Of a stretch of DNA of 64,000 nt, positions 25,983-35,166 are shown piece by piece (position 1 is the stretch's first letter; every line of letters starts with the position of its first letter). The translations under genes were made by a program, and so were the position numbers. The notes under the pieces are model-generated. The model was not told the DNA's origin. It saw only the letters and a list, made by a program, of their open reading frames with translations, and did not search any database. The stretch lies in the IMG/VR virus record IMGVR_UViG_3300025701_000008; one strand, 5' to 3'. Source of the DNA: an uncultured virus (IMG/VR IMGVR_UViG_3300025701_000008). Taxonomy: Duplodnaviria > Heunggongvirae > Uroviricota > Caudoviricetes.

Positions 25983-26519
25983 TTATCTACCCTCCTTATA
26001 GAACAAATGGTCGCCTATGCGTCCTATGAATACCATACTACTGTTCCAATACGGGTCAACATAGTTTGTATGATAGTGTGTAGCACCTTCAGTGATACCT
26101 CGGTACTTATCATCATATATCATGAACGTAGCGATAGTCTGAGAGCGATGCCATGCGTCACTTTCGGTTGGAGTGTCAGGTTTTCCATCGCAGTACCAAG
26201 AGAATTGACATTGGTCACGCACCGGATAACCATCCCACAAACGAGACTGTTTAACTACACCACATACGGTGTTAGGATATCTAGAAGATGCTACTCGATT
26301 TAAAACCACGTCTGCTACCGCATATTGTCCTACCATACTTTCCGAACGTGATTCGTGGTAGATGTTCAGAGCAAGACAATGCGTTTGCTCGTCCATTGAA
26401 ATGAAATTCCCATAGGAAGCATCACGTGTCGTCGCAAATACAATCGCGGATGTAAAAATTAAAATCGTTAATAATATTACTCTCATTACAAATACCTCAT
26501 CGGTTGGCCAGTATGTCAA
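25983..26519 (-). CDS. SleB/Hydrolase_2 cell-wall hydrolase
   Basis: CLALNIYHESR, AVADVVLNRV, CQFSW, GATHYH, IGDHLFY. Confidence 0.9.
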   Translation of the reverse strand: MTYWPTDEVFVMRVILLTILIFTSAIVFATTRDASYGNFISMDEQTHCLALNIYHESRSESMVGQYAVADVVLNRVASSRYPNTVCGVVKQSRLWDGYPVRDQCQFSWYCDGKPDTPTESDAWHRSQTIATFMIYDDKYRGITEGATHYHTNYVDPYWNSSMVFIGRIGDHLFYKEGR

Positions 26520-26757
26520 ATCTATTATATATGTCGAGCATTTTCCATAACGGATTGATTACATCAGTTTCACATGTACTCACATCATCTTCGTTATATT
26601 GCAATATGTCTATCATATCCTGAAAATACTCTGAACTTAGACCAGTAAAACTTGACCGTATTGTTACTGTATCAAAGGTAATGTCTAAAACTATACCTCG
26701 GTCAATCATTTCTTCTAGTTCATTATATATTGCTATGGTGTCACCTATAGTGAACAT
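26497..26757 (-). CDS. Hypothetical protein
   Basis: 86 aa ORF. Confidence 0.45.
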   Translation of the reverse strand: MFTIGDTIAIYNELEEMIDRGIVLDITFDTVTIRSSFTGLSSEYFQDMIDILQYNEDDVSTCETDVINPLWKMLDIYNRFDILANR

Positions 26758-26762
26758 CTATC

Positions 26763-26981
26763 TTAGTCCTTATTCGGATGTTTTATTATTAGTTCGTATC
26801 TACCATACTTATAATTTTTTATACTCTTATAACTATCGACGACAAAAATCATAATATACAACGATGCGGGAATAAAACCTAACATAGTTAACATGTCCGC
26901 TGAACCATATACTATCCTCTGGTGGACAGCTAAGAGTATAACACAGATTGATACGACTGTCAAGATAAATCTAATTAACAT
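26763..26981 (-). CDS. Small membrane protein
   Basis: Two hydrophobic segments. Confidence 0.5.
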   Translation of the reverse strand: MLIRFILTVVSICVILLAVHQRIVYGSADMLTMLGFIPASLYIMIFVVDSYKSIKNYKYGRYELIIKHPNKD

Positions 26982-27259
26982 AATACCTCCACGCGACCAT
27001 CGAATTCTGTAATAGACATTTCAAAAGGAACAATCATTTCTATACCGACTCTTCGCTCATCAAATGATTTTGAGCCACTGTCAGACGAACTCACAAGGAT
27101 TTTGTAACCGGCACACATATAGTGACCTAATTCATTAAGCATTTCACCTTTCTCGAGTACACGCCCGATGAGCGAAGAATCAGGACGGTCTGGCATAGGT
27201 TGGAAGTCATATGCTCGGATAGTGTCGCCTACTGAGGCAGTGTTTTCATATTTCAACAT
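26975..27259 (-). CDS. Early hypothetical protein
   Basis: MLKYENTASVGDTIRAYDF after GAGAGAG; has its own promoter. Confidence 0.6.
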   Translation of the reverse strand: MLKYENTASVGDTIRAYDFQPMPDRPDSSLIGRVLEKGEMLNELGHYMCAGYKILVSSSDSGSKSFDERRVGIEMIVPFEMSITEFDGRVEVLC

Positions 27260-27315
27260 AATATAATCTCTCTCTTTTAAAATAATTAGTGGGGTCTCCC
27301 CCAACTCACAAAGCT

Positions 27316-27343
27316 ATTATACATGTTTTAAAAAGAATGTCAA
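27316..27343 (-). promoter_or_regulatory. sigma70-like early promoter
   Basis: TTGACA-16-TATAAT. Confidence 0.6.
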
Positions 27344-27365
27344 GGGCAAAAGCAAAAAAAAAGAT

Positions 27366-27397
27366 AAAAAAAATCCCAACCATTTCTGGTTAGGATT
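27366..27397 (-). terminator. Rho-independent terminator
   Basis: AATCCTAACCA-GAAA-TGGTTGGGATT followed by a T-run. Confidence 0.75.
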
Positions 27398-27449
27398 CTG
27401 AGACTATGATAAATTTCATATAATCATCACAAACTATCAATATAATAGT

Positions 27450-28127
27450 CTAGGAAGTTTTTCGTTTCTTCTGCTGATGGATCCAACTCTTGGCCAATCT
27501 ACTTTCAGGTGGTCTCTTAGTAAACTTGACAGCATCACGGTATGCGCGTAATGTCTCTTGTTTGTAGTCCTTACCTTCAGAGTTATCAACTACCAAGAAG
27601 TTTTTCTTACCAAACATCTGCTGGAACTTACCGATATTTGCTTGTACTAAATTCCAGTACTTAGTTGCTTCTTTCGCGCCAATTGTACGTTCACGCGCGG
27701 CATCACGCTTAATTGCGGTGTCTACGTCGGTATTAACAAAAATCATCGCAACGTCATAACCTAATGAACGTAACTTAATAGCATGTTTAGCAATCTTATT
27801 TGGGTCTTTACCAGTACCATCTATAACTAGACCAAGACGACCTTGAATATATAGTCTCTGTTTGACCGAAGTGAGTTCCATCGCTTTACCACGGATTTTT
27901 TGACCCTCATCAGAAAAGATGTTATCGGGATTCATTTCCATGCCGACCTTTTTCATTGCCGCTTCGAACGCGTCATCTGAATTGACAACTCTGTAACCTA
28001 ACGAAGTAAGTCCAGTTTTTCCTACGATAAATGATTTACCTGAACCAGGCCCACCCGCAAGAAAGATTGCCTTGAAGATGCCAGGGTCATTAACCCCTTC
28101 GTTTAAGTATGTCTTAAAACTTTTCAT
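27450..28127 (-). CDS. Zeta-toxin/PNK-like P-loop kinase with a CTS-like N-terminus
   Basis: MKSFKTYLNE; AGGPGSGKS, VNSDD, VIDGT, RxxxRxR lid. Confidence 0.8.
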   Translation of the reverse strand: MKSFKTYLNEGVNDPGIFKAIFLAGGPGSGKSFIVGKTGLTSLGYRVVNSDDAFEAAMKKVGMEMNPDNIFSDEGQKIRGKAMELTSVKQRLYIQGRLGLVIDGTGKDPNKIAKHAIKLRSLGYDVAMIFVNTDVDTAIKRDAARERTIGAKEATKYWNLVQANIGKFQQMFGKKNFLVVDNSEGKDYKQETLRAYRDAVKFTKRPPESRLAKSWIHQQKKRKTS

Positions 28128-28174
28128 TGTACGGTTTTCCGTTTTCCATGTTTGAGATGTATGTTATTATTTAT

Positions 28175-28182
28175 TATTTATA
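28175..28182 (-). promoter_or_regulatory. T4 late promoter
   Basis: TATAAATA upstream of the kinase. Confidence 0.7.
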
Positions 28183-28208
28183 CAAATTAGAGCATTGGGC
28201 TAATATGA

Positions 28209-28997
28209 TTACTCGATGTTTTTAAACGCATCTAACATTATTTCGGTAAAAATAACCTGTGAACGTTCGCCAGGATGACTGTGTGGTTTGACATCATCTA
28301 TTTTAAGCATTATATCAGACAACGTTAGAGTCCGACCCATTCCGATACGACTAGTAGATTTTAAACTACCTACAGTATCCATCACCCACTTCTTATAAGA
28401 CTCTGTAGGGGCAACTTGTTTATTACGGTATGCTTCAGAATCGTGTTTAGTCCCCATATCTTTTAATGTTGCGAGAATATTAGTCCAACAACTATGGTGG
28501 AATACTCCCTGTACTAATTTAATACCGAGACTATCACAGAGAAGTTCCATTGTCTGCATACGAGTAAGACCGTGTATGATGTCAGTACGAGAATCGTAAC
28601 CATGATTATATAGAATATCATACGCATTCCGTTTAATCTTATCACTTATAAGTTGGGTTCGCGCCGGAGAGAACTGTGTCATATCTTGATTACGGTTAAT
28701 ACCCATCGACGATTCTCTATCGTATCCCATATGTTCTACGACTTCAGCGCGCTGCCAGGCAGACCACAATATAGCCATATGCGTAGGTCTTTCATTTTCA
28801 GGATTATGTAGGTAACTAATAACATCGCGGAAGATTTTGTCGTTGGACGCACCACACGATGCTAGGTTGACATATTCCATGCCCAGTTCTTTTGATAACA
28901 AGCTTGTCCACGTGAGTTCCCAATGAGCTGGGGGGTTTTCATAACACCCCTTCAACTCATCGCCCCAGACAAAACTACAACCGGATGTAAGTAACAT
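28209..28997 (-). CDS. SGNH-like hypothetical protein
   Basis: SGCSF, NLASCGASN, WS...R.E, C-terminal HP. Confidence 0.55.
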   Translation of the reverse strand: MLLTSGCSFVWGDELKGCYENPPAHWELTWTSLLSKELGMEYVNLASCGASNDKIFRDVISYLHNPENERPTHMAILWSAWQRAEVVEHMGYDRESSMGINRNQDMTQFSPARTQLISDKIKRNAYDILYNHGYDSRTDIIHGLTRMQTMELLCDSLGIKLVQGVFHHSCWTNILATLKDMGTKHDSEAYRNKQVAPTESYKKWVMDTVGSLKSTSRIGMGRTLTLSDIMLKIDDVKPHSHPGERSQVIFTEIMLDAFKNIE

Positions 28998-29236
28998 TAG
29001 ATAAACAATTCCTCATATAATTCATAGACCTCGTTAGTTTCTGAACGGGCCTCATCTAAATTTCTCTTATGGTATATATTAGAAATTTTACGGAAGTGTT
29101 TCTTGTCAATTTCGTACTTCTCAGCGGTAACATCGACAATATCTTTCATTAATTCACGTTCCGCATCAATTCGCAACATGCTATCGGACATTTCTCTTAC
29201 CGCTGCCGCGACTTTTTCTTTATCTGCTAAAATCAT
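28997..29236 (-). CDS. dsbA: T4 DsbA-like dsDNA-binding protein
   Basis: ELMKDI...FRKISNIYHK...ETNEVYELY resembles T4 DsbA. Confidence 0.7.
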   Translation of the reverse strand: MILADKEKVAAAVREMSDSMLRIDAERELMKDIVDVTAEKYEIDKKHFRKISNIYHKRNLDEARSETNEVYELYEELFI

Positions 29237-29505
29237 TATAGTATAATCCCACTGGTTGCTTTAGTATATGCCTTAGAAAAATCTTCATTCGTTTCAGTAA
29301 TAAAGACATACTGTTGGAATGAAACCGAACGGGTGTTCTCGTCACTTGTCATACAAATACCACGAGCGAAACCAACTCCTTGTTCACCATGAATCAACAT
29401 GCGCGGGTCTTTTAGTGTGACCACACCGTTAGGATTCAGGGATTCAAACTTACCTACATATTCACCACTTACCGTGACTACTGTTACCACATCATTCAAT
29501 TTCAT
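29236..29505 (-). CDS. Conserved small protein, Sm-like fold (inferred)
   Basis: TVSGEYVGK...TLKDPR...YTKATSGII. Confidence 0.55.
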   Translation of the reverse strand: MKLNDVVTVVTVSGEYVGKFESLNPNGVVTLKDPRMLIHGEQGVGFARGICMTSDENTRSVSFQQYVFITETNEDFSKAYTKATSGIIL

Positions 29506-30185
29506 TATTCACTCTCTATTTCATCAATTAACATATCACGCATTGCTCTCGCTTGCGCATCTTCAGGGTTATTCACACTACCACCATTAACAAACTTATA
29601 TGCTAAGGTGATACGTTGATTATTGCCGTTATAGGCAGCGTGCCAACAGTGTAAATCTTCTTCTTCTCCAGCACCAAAGTAATAGTGACGGCATTGCCAT
29701 CCAGGCACATCTTGGATACGAACTATTTCGTCAGTCTTCTTATCATAGTACTCAAAGTACCCATCGCCGTTTTCAGACCAAGTAAATAAGATCTGATATG
29801 CGTTCGCATCATAGTTAGTATGCCATCCAACAAAACCGCCTGGCGGGTAATAGGAGAGTAATGCGGACGTGTGTGCTCCAATCTCCGCAGCGAAGTCATA
29901 CTTGACCTTCTGCATAAAGTCTCCCCATACTTCCGGTTCTTCACGTACCATCTTAGAGATAGGTTGCGCAAAGTAACGGTCTGGAGGCCCTACTAATTCA
30001 GGGTATCTAGATAGACACTCTTCTAAGTAATCACGGGAACAGAAGTATTCTCCTTTGTGTACATCTTCTGGGTCACGATACGTCCAATATTTTTCATTGT
30101 TGTAAGACGGTTTTGATAACATCTCATCAGAGAAACTATTGAGAATATCTAACATGCCTTTATTACGAATTGTTATTTCACTCAT
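29505..30185 (-). CDS. 2OG-Fe(II) oxygenase-like protein (HxN variant)
   Basis: YPPGGFVGWHTN...WHAA...RITL. Confidence 0.6.
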   Translation of the reverse strand: MSEITIRNKGMLDILNSFSDEMLSKPSYNNEKYWTYRDPEDVHKGEYFCSRDYLEECLSRYPELVGPPDRYFAQPISKMVREEPEVWGDFMQKVKYDFAAEIGAHTSALLSYYPPGGFVGWHTNYDANAYQILFTWSENGDGYFEYYDKKTDEIVRIQDVPGWQCRHYYFGAGEEEDLHCWHAAYNGNNQRITLAYKFVNGGSVNNPEDAQARAMRDMLIDEIESE

Positions 30186-30367
30186 GACGATTTTTTCTCC
30201 AGAGAGAAGCGTCCTTCATCTAGCGATTTAAAAACGACAGTATCACCAACATTTAATGATAATGCGTCCATGAGTTCGTCAGAAAATTCCATTGCGAGTT
30301 CACCATCACCAACATCGATAACAGGAACTACCCAACTATTTTCCTCGGTCTTTTTGAAATCTTTCAT
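30182..30367 (-). CDS. AbrB/MazE-like small protein
   Basis: FSDELMDALSLNVGDTVVF. Confidence 0.55.
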   Translation of the reverse strand: MKDFKKTEENSWVVPVIDVGDGELAMEFSDELMDALSLNVGDTVVFKSLDEGRFSLEKKSS

Positions 30368-30521
30368 TAGCTAGTTTTATCTCCTCTAGACTTAGTACTT
30401 TATAATGTAGTAGATGGTCTAATGTACTTTGAATACCTCGGTAAAAACCTTTATATCTACCGATATAAAACGATACCACAATGACCAATAATACTAATGC
30501 TGTATGTAAATATGGATTCAT
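30336..30521 (-). CDS. Small membrane protein
   Basis: N-terminal TM segment followed by YIGRYKG. Confidence 0.5.
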   Translation of the reverse strand: MNPYLHTALVLLVIVVSFYIGRYKGFYRGIQSTLDHLLHYKVLSLEEIKLANERFQKDRGK

Positions 30522-30533
30522 TTAATGAATTCC

Positions 30534-31928
30534 TTATAGTTTAAAACCATTGAACCTCTCTTGGGAGATTCTTTGACCAGATGCGCTGTTATCAAACGCA
30601 GGCCCCGTGTCCACTTCTTTATTTAGAGGTGAATCATTTTGGTCTACATCGTATAATCGCATCTTCGACCTATCTACACCAACAACAAAACGTTGGTTTG
30701 TGCCAGGGTCATTATAACGATTTTTTAACTGTTTAACCATCATCTGGTTATTTGCCTTTAGTTCATCATTAGCAATTAATGCGAACATGAAGTCTGCGGT
30801 TGCGGGTAGTCCAAAAGATTCGGACGTGTCTTCCAACCCAACATCATCATTATTGTAACCACCACGAGTCGTTTGCGTCGCCGACACGACAGGCACGTCG
30901 AATTCGACCGCAAGTCCACGTAGTTCTTCAGCAATAGACTTAATATAACTATATGAGTTAATCGCACCACCCATTCCTTTCATACGAGCACTAGAACATA
31001 TATTAAGATAATCGATAAAGATAACATCTGGTTTAAAGTTCTTTTTAAGTTTAAGTTCATTCAATAACGCACGGAAGTGATTCGCATGAGCAGCACCAGT
31101 AGGATACTCTTTAATAATCAACTTACCATTTGTTTTATTCGCAATGTTCTCGACCTTCTGAGTAAACATCTCTTTGTTAAGATGTTCTAGTTGGTCGATA
31201 GGTACGTTCAACAAGTTCGCGTCAATACGTTCTGCGATACGTTCTTCGGCCATCTCCATAGTAATATACAGTACATTCTTACCTTGAGAAAGAGCAGCAG
31301 CACCCATATGACACATAAACAATGACTTACCTACACCGGTACCCGCGAGGGCAATGTTTAGAGTCTTCTTAGGTAAACCACCTTTGGTAATCTTATTGAA
31401 GTATTCTAGGTCAAACTCGAGACGTTCTTCTTCTAAGTGATAAAAATCAAAACGTTCATTAGCGTTATCAATATAGTCGTGACCAATGTTAGTATCGAAA
31501 GACACCGACAATGCCTTAGATAATACGTCGGGAATAGCATTTTTATTCAGGTCTTTATGTTTACCGTCGATAATAGAAATAGACTCCATTACCGCATTAA
31601 ACACCGCACGGTCTTGACACCACTTCTCGGTACGCTCGACTAACCACTCCAGATTCTCCTCAGCATACTGGAAAATATCTGGTAGAATATCCATAGCGTG
31701 ACGGTACTGTTCATCAGTGAGACGGTCAGCACTGTCCAGTTCAATCTTGAAAGCTTCCTTAGACGGAAGGCGATTGAACTTAGCAATGAATTGAGTAAAC
31801 TCTTTGAAGAGTGCCTGATAGACACCCTCAAAGTATTCTGGGTTAATAAATGCGGCGACCTTACGTGTGTAAGAATCGTTAGTCAGTAGATTCCTTAGAA
31901 TCGTCTGTTGTAGATTGATTTCCATCAT
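30534..31928 (-). CDS. 41: Replicative helicase gp41
   Basis: AGTGVGKS, EMAEERIAERIDAN, IDYLNIC, SESFGLPATAD. Confidence 0.95.
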   Translation of the reverse strand: MMEINLQQTILRNLLTNDSYTRKVAAFINPEYFEGVYQALFKEFTQFIAKFNRLPSKEAFKIELDSADRLTDEQYRHAMDILPDIFQYAEENLEWLVERTEKWCQDRAVFNAVMESISIIDGKHKDLNKNAIPDVLSKALSVSFDTNIGHDYIDNANERFDFYHLEEERLEFDLEYFNKITKGGLPKKTLNIALAGTGVGKSLFMCHMGAAALSQGKNVLYITMEMAEERIAERIDANLLNVPIDQLEHLNKEMFTQKVENIANKTNGKLIIKEYPTGAAHANHFRALLNELKLKKNFKPDVIFIDYLNICSSARMKGMGGAINSYSYIKSIAEELRGLAVEFDVPVVSATQTTRGGYNNDDVGLEDTSESFGLPATADFMFALIANDELKANNQMMVKQLKNRYNDPGTNQRFVVGVDRSKMRLYDVDQNDSPLNKEVDTGPAFDNSASGQRISQERFNGFKL

Positions 31929-32244
31929 TTAGTTCCTTACCCCCTATCCAACCTTCTTTCATCGCAACAACAATAATATCTTCTAATACATCAGAAACAA
32001 AGTTCTGTAAATCTACATTGTCCGTATTAAATGTTTCTGCGTCGTTCGTCTCAACTATGTCAAAGCTGAATCGTATCTGCTCTTCAATACCATCAAGTTG
32101 TACGTTTCCGTAACGGACTGTGGTTCCATGAAAAGGAGCACGAAGTAAACGAACTTTCCAGACTTGGGTACCGTCCTCCGCGAACATCGGCATTATTTCA
32201 TAATCGACGTGTTCGGAAGGTTTATCTAAATCAAGTTCTTTCAT
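31879..32244 (-). CDS. gp40-like protein (by synteny)
   Basis: Acidic 121 aa ORF between uvsX and g41, the position of T4 gene 40. Confidence 0.5.
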   Translation of the reverse strand: MKELDLDKPSEHVDYEIMPMFAEDGTQVWKVRLLRAPFHGTTVRYGNVQLDGIEEQIRFSFDIVETNDAETFNTDNVDLQNFVSDVLEDIIVVAMKEGWIGGKELNDGNQSTTDDSKESTD

Positions 32245-32246
32245 TA

Positions 32247-33299
32247 TTAAACTGCCTCTTGTATTATTTCATCTAAATCAATAGGGCTATTATACCCTAT
32301 TTTATACGTCTTGGCAAGGAATTCTTTAAAATCAGTTGTTTCGAAAATAGGTTCCCAGAAGTCAGCACTTAGAGTTTCTTTTAATCTAAGTTTACCGTCC
32401 ATCACTTCACCAGTTTCTTTATCTACGCGCTGATACCAACCATTAGATGGTTTGATAACATAACCACCAGCGATAGCAACATCAAGTAATCCAGAGTATT
32501 TCTGAATACCACCGTCCCAAGTAACGCCGATAGGGATCTTAGATTTCTCTTTAACATAACGAGACTTCTCAACGTTAATTACAAAGTTATAACCTACAAT
32601 CTCTTGACCTTGTTTCTCTTGTTGACGACCAAGGATCCAAATGTTATCAGCTGAGTAATAGATACCAGTACCACCAGATACAACCGCTTTAGGGAATAAA
32701 CCAATCTCTTGATAAGTATGGTTAATCGCTAACATAGGAATGTTCTTCATAGCAAGGTACGGTGTAGACATACGGAATAAACCTTTCAATGCTTTCGCAC
32801 GAGACATATCCGCCACACCTTTCTCATTCAACGCATCGTCTAACTCTTTCTTAGAAGCCAAGTTACCGATAGAGTCAATAACGATAATAACATCATCATC
32901 TCGGTCTAGTTCTTCAAGTTGACTAATCAAGTCAAACTTTAAGTCTTCCACGTGTTTAATAGGTGTATGTAATACTCGAGAGGTATCAATACCAAACTGT
33001 TCGAAGTAAGATTGCGGAGAACCAAACTCTGAATCATAGAACAACATTACCGCATCAGGTTTGGCATTAAGATATGCGCCCGCCATTAATAGAGCAAATG
33101 AAGTCTTGAAGTGTTTAGATGGGCCCGCGAGGACAGTAAGTCCAGCAGTGACTCCACCATCAACAGAACCCGACAGAGCGACGTTCACCATAGGTACATC
33201 CGTCGGTACCATATCTTTACTATTAAAGAACTTACTAGTACTGAGAATATCCGTCTCTTTAATCTTCGAGTTCTTCTTCAGTTTATTCATTATACTCAT
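32247..33299 (-). CDS. uvsX: RecA-like recombinase UvsX
   Basis: AGPSKHFKT, YDSEFG, DSIGNLASKKE, DMSRAK. Confidence 0.95.
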   Translation of the reverse strand: MSIMNKLKKNSKIKETDILSTSKFFNSKDMVPTDVPMVNVALSGSVDGGVTAGLTVLAGPSKHFKTSFALLMAGAYLNAKPDAVMLFYDSEFGSPQSYFEQFGIDTSRVLHTPIKHVEDLKFDLISQLEELDRDDDVIIVIDSIGNLASKKELDDALNEKGVADMSRAKALKGLFRMSTPYLAMKNIPMLAINHTYQEIGLFPKAVVSGGTGIYYSADNIWILGRQQEKQGQEIVGYNFVINVEKSRYVKEKSKIPIGVTWDGGIQKYSGLLDVAIAGGYVIKPSNGWYQRVDKETGEVMDGKLRLKETLSADFWEPIFETTDFKEFLAKTYKIGYNSPIDLDEIIQEAV

Positions 33300-34219
33300 T
33301 ATTGTTTGCCTTCTCCAAAATTAGCGAATGTGATGTTGTTAACCTTTTCACGGTCATCAAGGTCATATTGTACCCGATAACGTGTGTTTATGTCAAGAAC
33401 TTTTTCAAGTAAATCAAAGGCAATAGTTTCGCCAGTATCTTCATTGGTTACTGTAGAGAAGTTCAACAGCGCATTTGTATCTTTAGGTAGACACGCACCA
33501 CCAAACCCACGTTTACCATCAAACCCAGGCACACGAGTATGACCCATACCTACACGCGGGTCTAGACCAGCTGCGCGAGTTACAATGTTATACGAACAAC
33601 CATACGAGTTTACCAAATCATACAACTGATTAAAGAATGTCACTTTTGTAGCAAGAAACGAATTAATAGTGTATTTAACAAATGACGCTTCGAACGCGGT
33701 CATACGATGATAGTCGTTAGACTCACAACCACTGAAGATATCATAGATTTCAATCAGTTCTTGAGTTGCCTGTGGAGAACCACCCATGACGTGGAACTTG
33801 GCAGTAACAAAGTCTGCCTTAGCGTTTTTCTCGGTTAAAAACTCTGGGTTATATGCGAATCGGTCTACTTGGCGTCTATCCATAGAGTTATAAAGACGTT
33901 CAATCACATCAGGGGTGACAGTCGACTTGATAACAACAATCGCATTAGTATGAACCAATGCCTTCAAAGTAGCATCTTCTACGATAGTGGAATCGACCGA
34001 ACCATTATCATGCGATGGTGTAGGTGCGCAAATAAACACACAGTGTGGGTCATAGTTGCTCAACTCATCGATAGACGTATTATATTTTGGGTCGATAAGT
34101 TTGAAATCAACCATAGGGTGAGTAAAAGCATACTCGACCGCCTGACCAACAAACCCGTGACCGACGATTGCCATACGAAAAGGATTCGCAGGACTTAGTG
34201 GAGCATTTTTATCTGACAT
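33299..34219 (-). CDS. UDP-glucose/GDP-mannose dehydrogenase (short form)
   Basis: GHGFVG, IKSTV, YNPEFL, KYTINSFLA, GFGGACLPKD. Confidence 0.88.
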   Translation of the reverse strand: MSDKNAPLSPANPFRMAIVGHGFVGQAVEYAFTHPMVDFKLIDPKYNTSIDELSNYDPHCVFICAPTPSHDNGSVDSTIVEDATLKALVHTNAIVVIKSTVTPDVIERLYNSMDRRQVDRFAYNPEFLTEKNAKADFVTAKFHVMGGSPQATQELIEIYDIFSGCESNDYHRMTAFEASFVKYTINSFLATKVTFFNQLYDLVNSYGCSYNIVTRAAGLDPRVGMGHTRVPGFDGKRGFGGACLPKDTNALLNFSTVTNEDTGETIAFDLLEKVLDINTRYRVQYDLDDREKVNNITFANFGEGKQ

Positions 34220-35166
34220 TATTTAATCCCATTATAAGTTTTGTACCATTCATAAAAACGTGTTATACCTTCAGCGATACTCACTTTTGGGCGATAACCC
34301 AATTGACTGAGTTTCTTGGTATTTGACCAAGTCTCCAAAGTATCTGCTGGATGTTTAGGTGCGAGGTCTTTCTTAGCCTTCTTACCTACATTCTTCTCGA
34401 TTTCATCGATGAAATCCATTAAAGCAACCTGTTGACCTCGACCAATATTAAAAATCTCACCAGATTTAATCTTGGTGTTATTCATAACAATTTCGATACC
34501 ATCCAAGATATCTTCAACAAAGGTAAAGTCTCGCTTCATGTCCCCATAATTATACACGGTAATCTCTTTCCCGTCAAGGATTTTATTCGTAAAGTCGAAT
34601 AACGCCATATCAGGACGACCCCACGGGCCATATACTGTGAAGAATCTTAGACCAACCGTGTTGAGTCCGGACGATTGGAACTGACACTCATTAGTCCATT
34701 TTGACCAACCGTATGGGTTTAATTGTTTACCAGTCTCTTGACCTTCAGTCCAAGGAACTTTTGACCCAGCATACACACAAGACGTTGACGCGTATATAAT
34801 ACGTGTGTCAGGTAAGTATTTTTTACACACATCAATAACATTCTGAGTCGCGTCAATGTTATTACGGTGATACTGTTTCTCTTTACCCATTGAGTCACGT
34901 ACACCCGCGTGAGCAGCGAGATGGATAATAATATCCGGTGCGAAGTCGCGCAATAGTGCTTCTGTTTTGATTTCGTCAGCGAGGTCACATCCCCAAATAT
35001 CCAGACCGAAATGTTTCATGCGGTCTACTTTTAGTTGGGGGTCATAGAGGTGGTTGTTGAAATTATCAATACCCTTAACTTCTATACCACGTTTCATTAA
35101 TCGCGCGGAAAGTTGAGAACCAATAAATCCTGCCGCTCCTGTAACTAGTACTTTTTTCATATTCAT
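34219..35166 (-). CDS. NAD-dependent epimerase (UDP-glucuronate 4-epimerase-like)
   Basis: TGAAGFIG, HLAAHAGVR, YGWSK, RFFTVYGPWGRPDMA. Confidence 0.88.
   Translation of the reverse strand: MNMKKVLVTGAAGFIGSQLSARLMKRGIEVKGIDNFNNHLYDPQLKVDRMKHFGLDIWGCDLADEIKTEALLRDFAPDIIIHLAAHAGVRDSMGKEKQYHRNNIDATQNVIDVCKKYLPDTRIIYASTSCVYAGSKVPWTEGQETGKQLNPYGWSKWTNECQFQSSGLNTVGLRFFTVYGPWGRPDMALFDFTNKILDGKEITVYNYGDMKRDFTFVEDILDGIEIVMNNTKIKSGEIFNIGRGQQVALMDFIDEIEKNVGKKAKKDLAPKHPADTLETWSNTKKLSQLGYRPKVSIAEGITRFYEWYKTYNGIK

Noticed and set aside
30182..30367. AbrB/MazE-like gene as the antitoxin of a TA pair
   Set aside because: No adjacent toxin-like ORF; the Zeta-like kinase is 2 kb away under a separate promoter.
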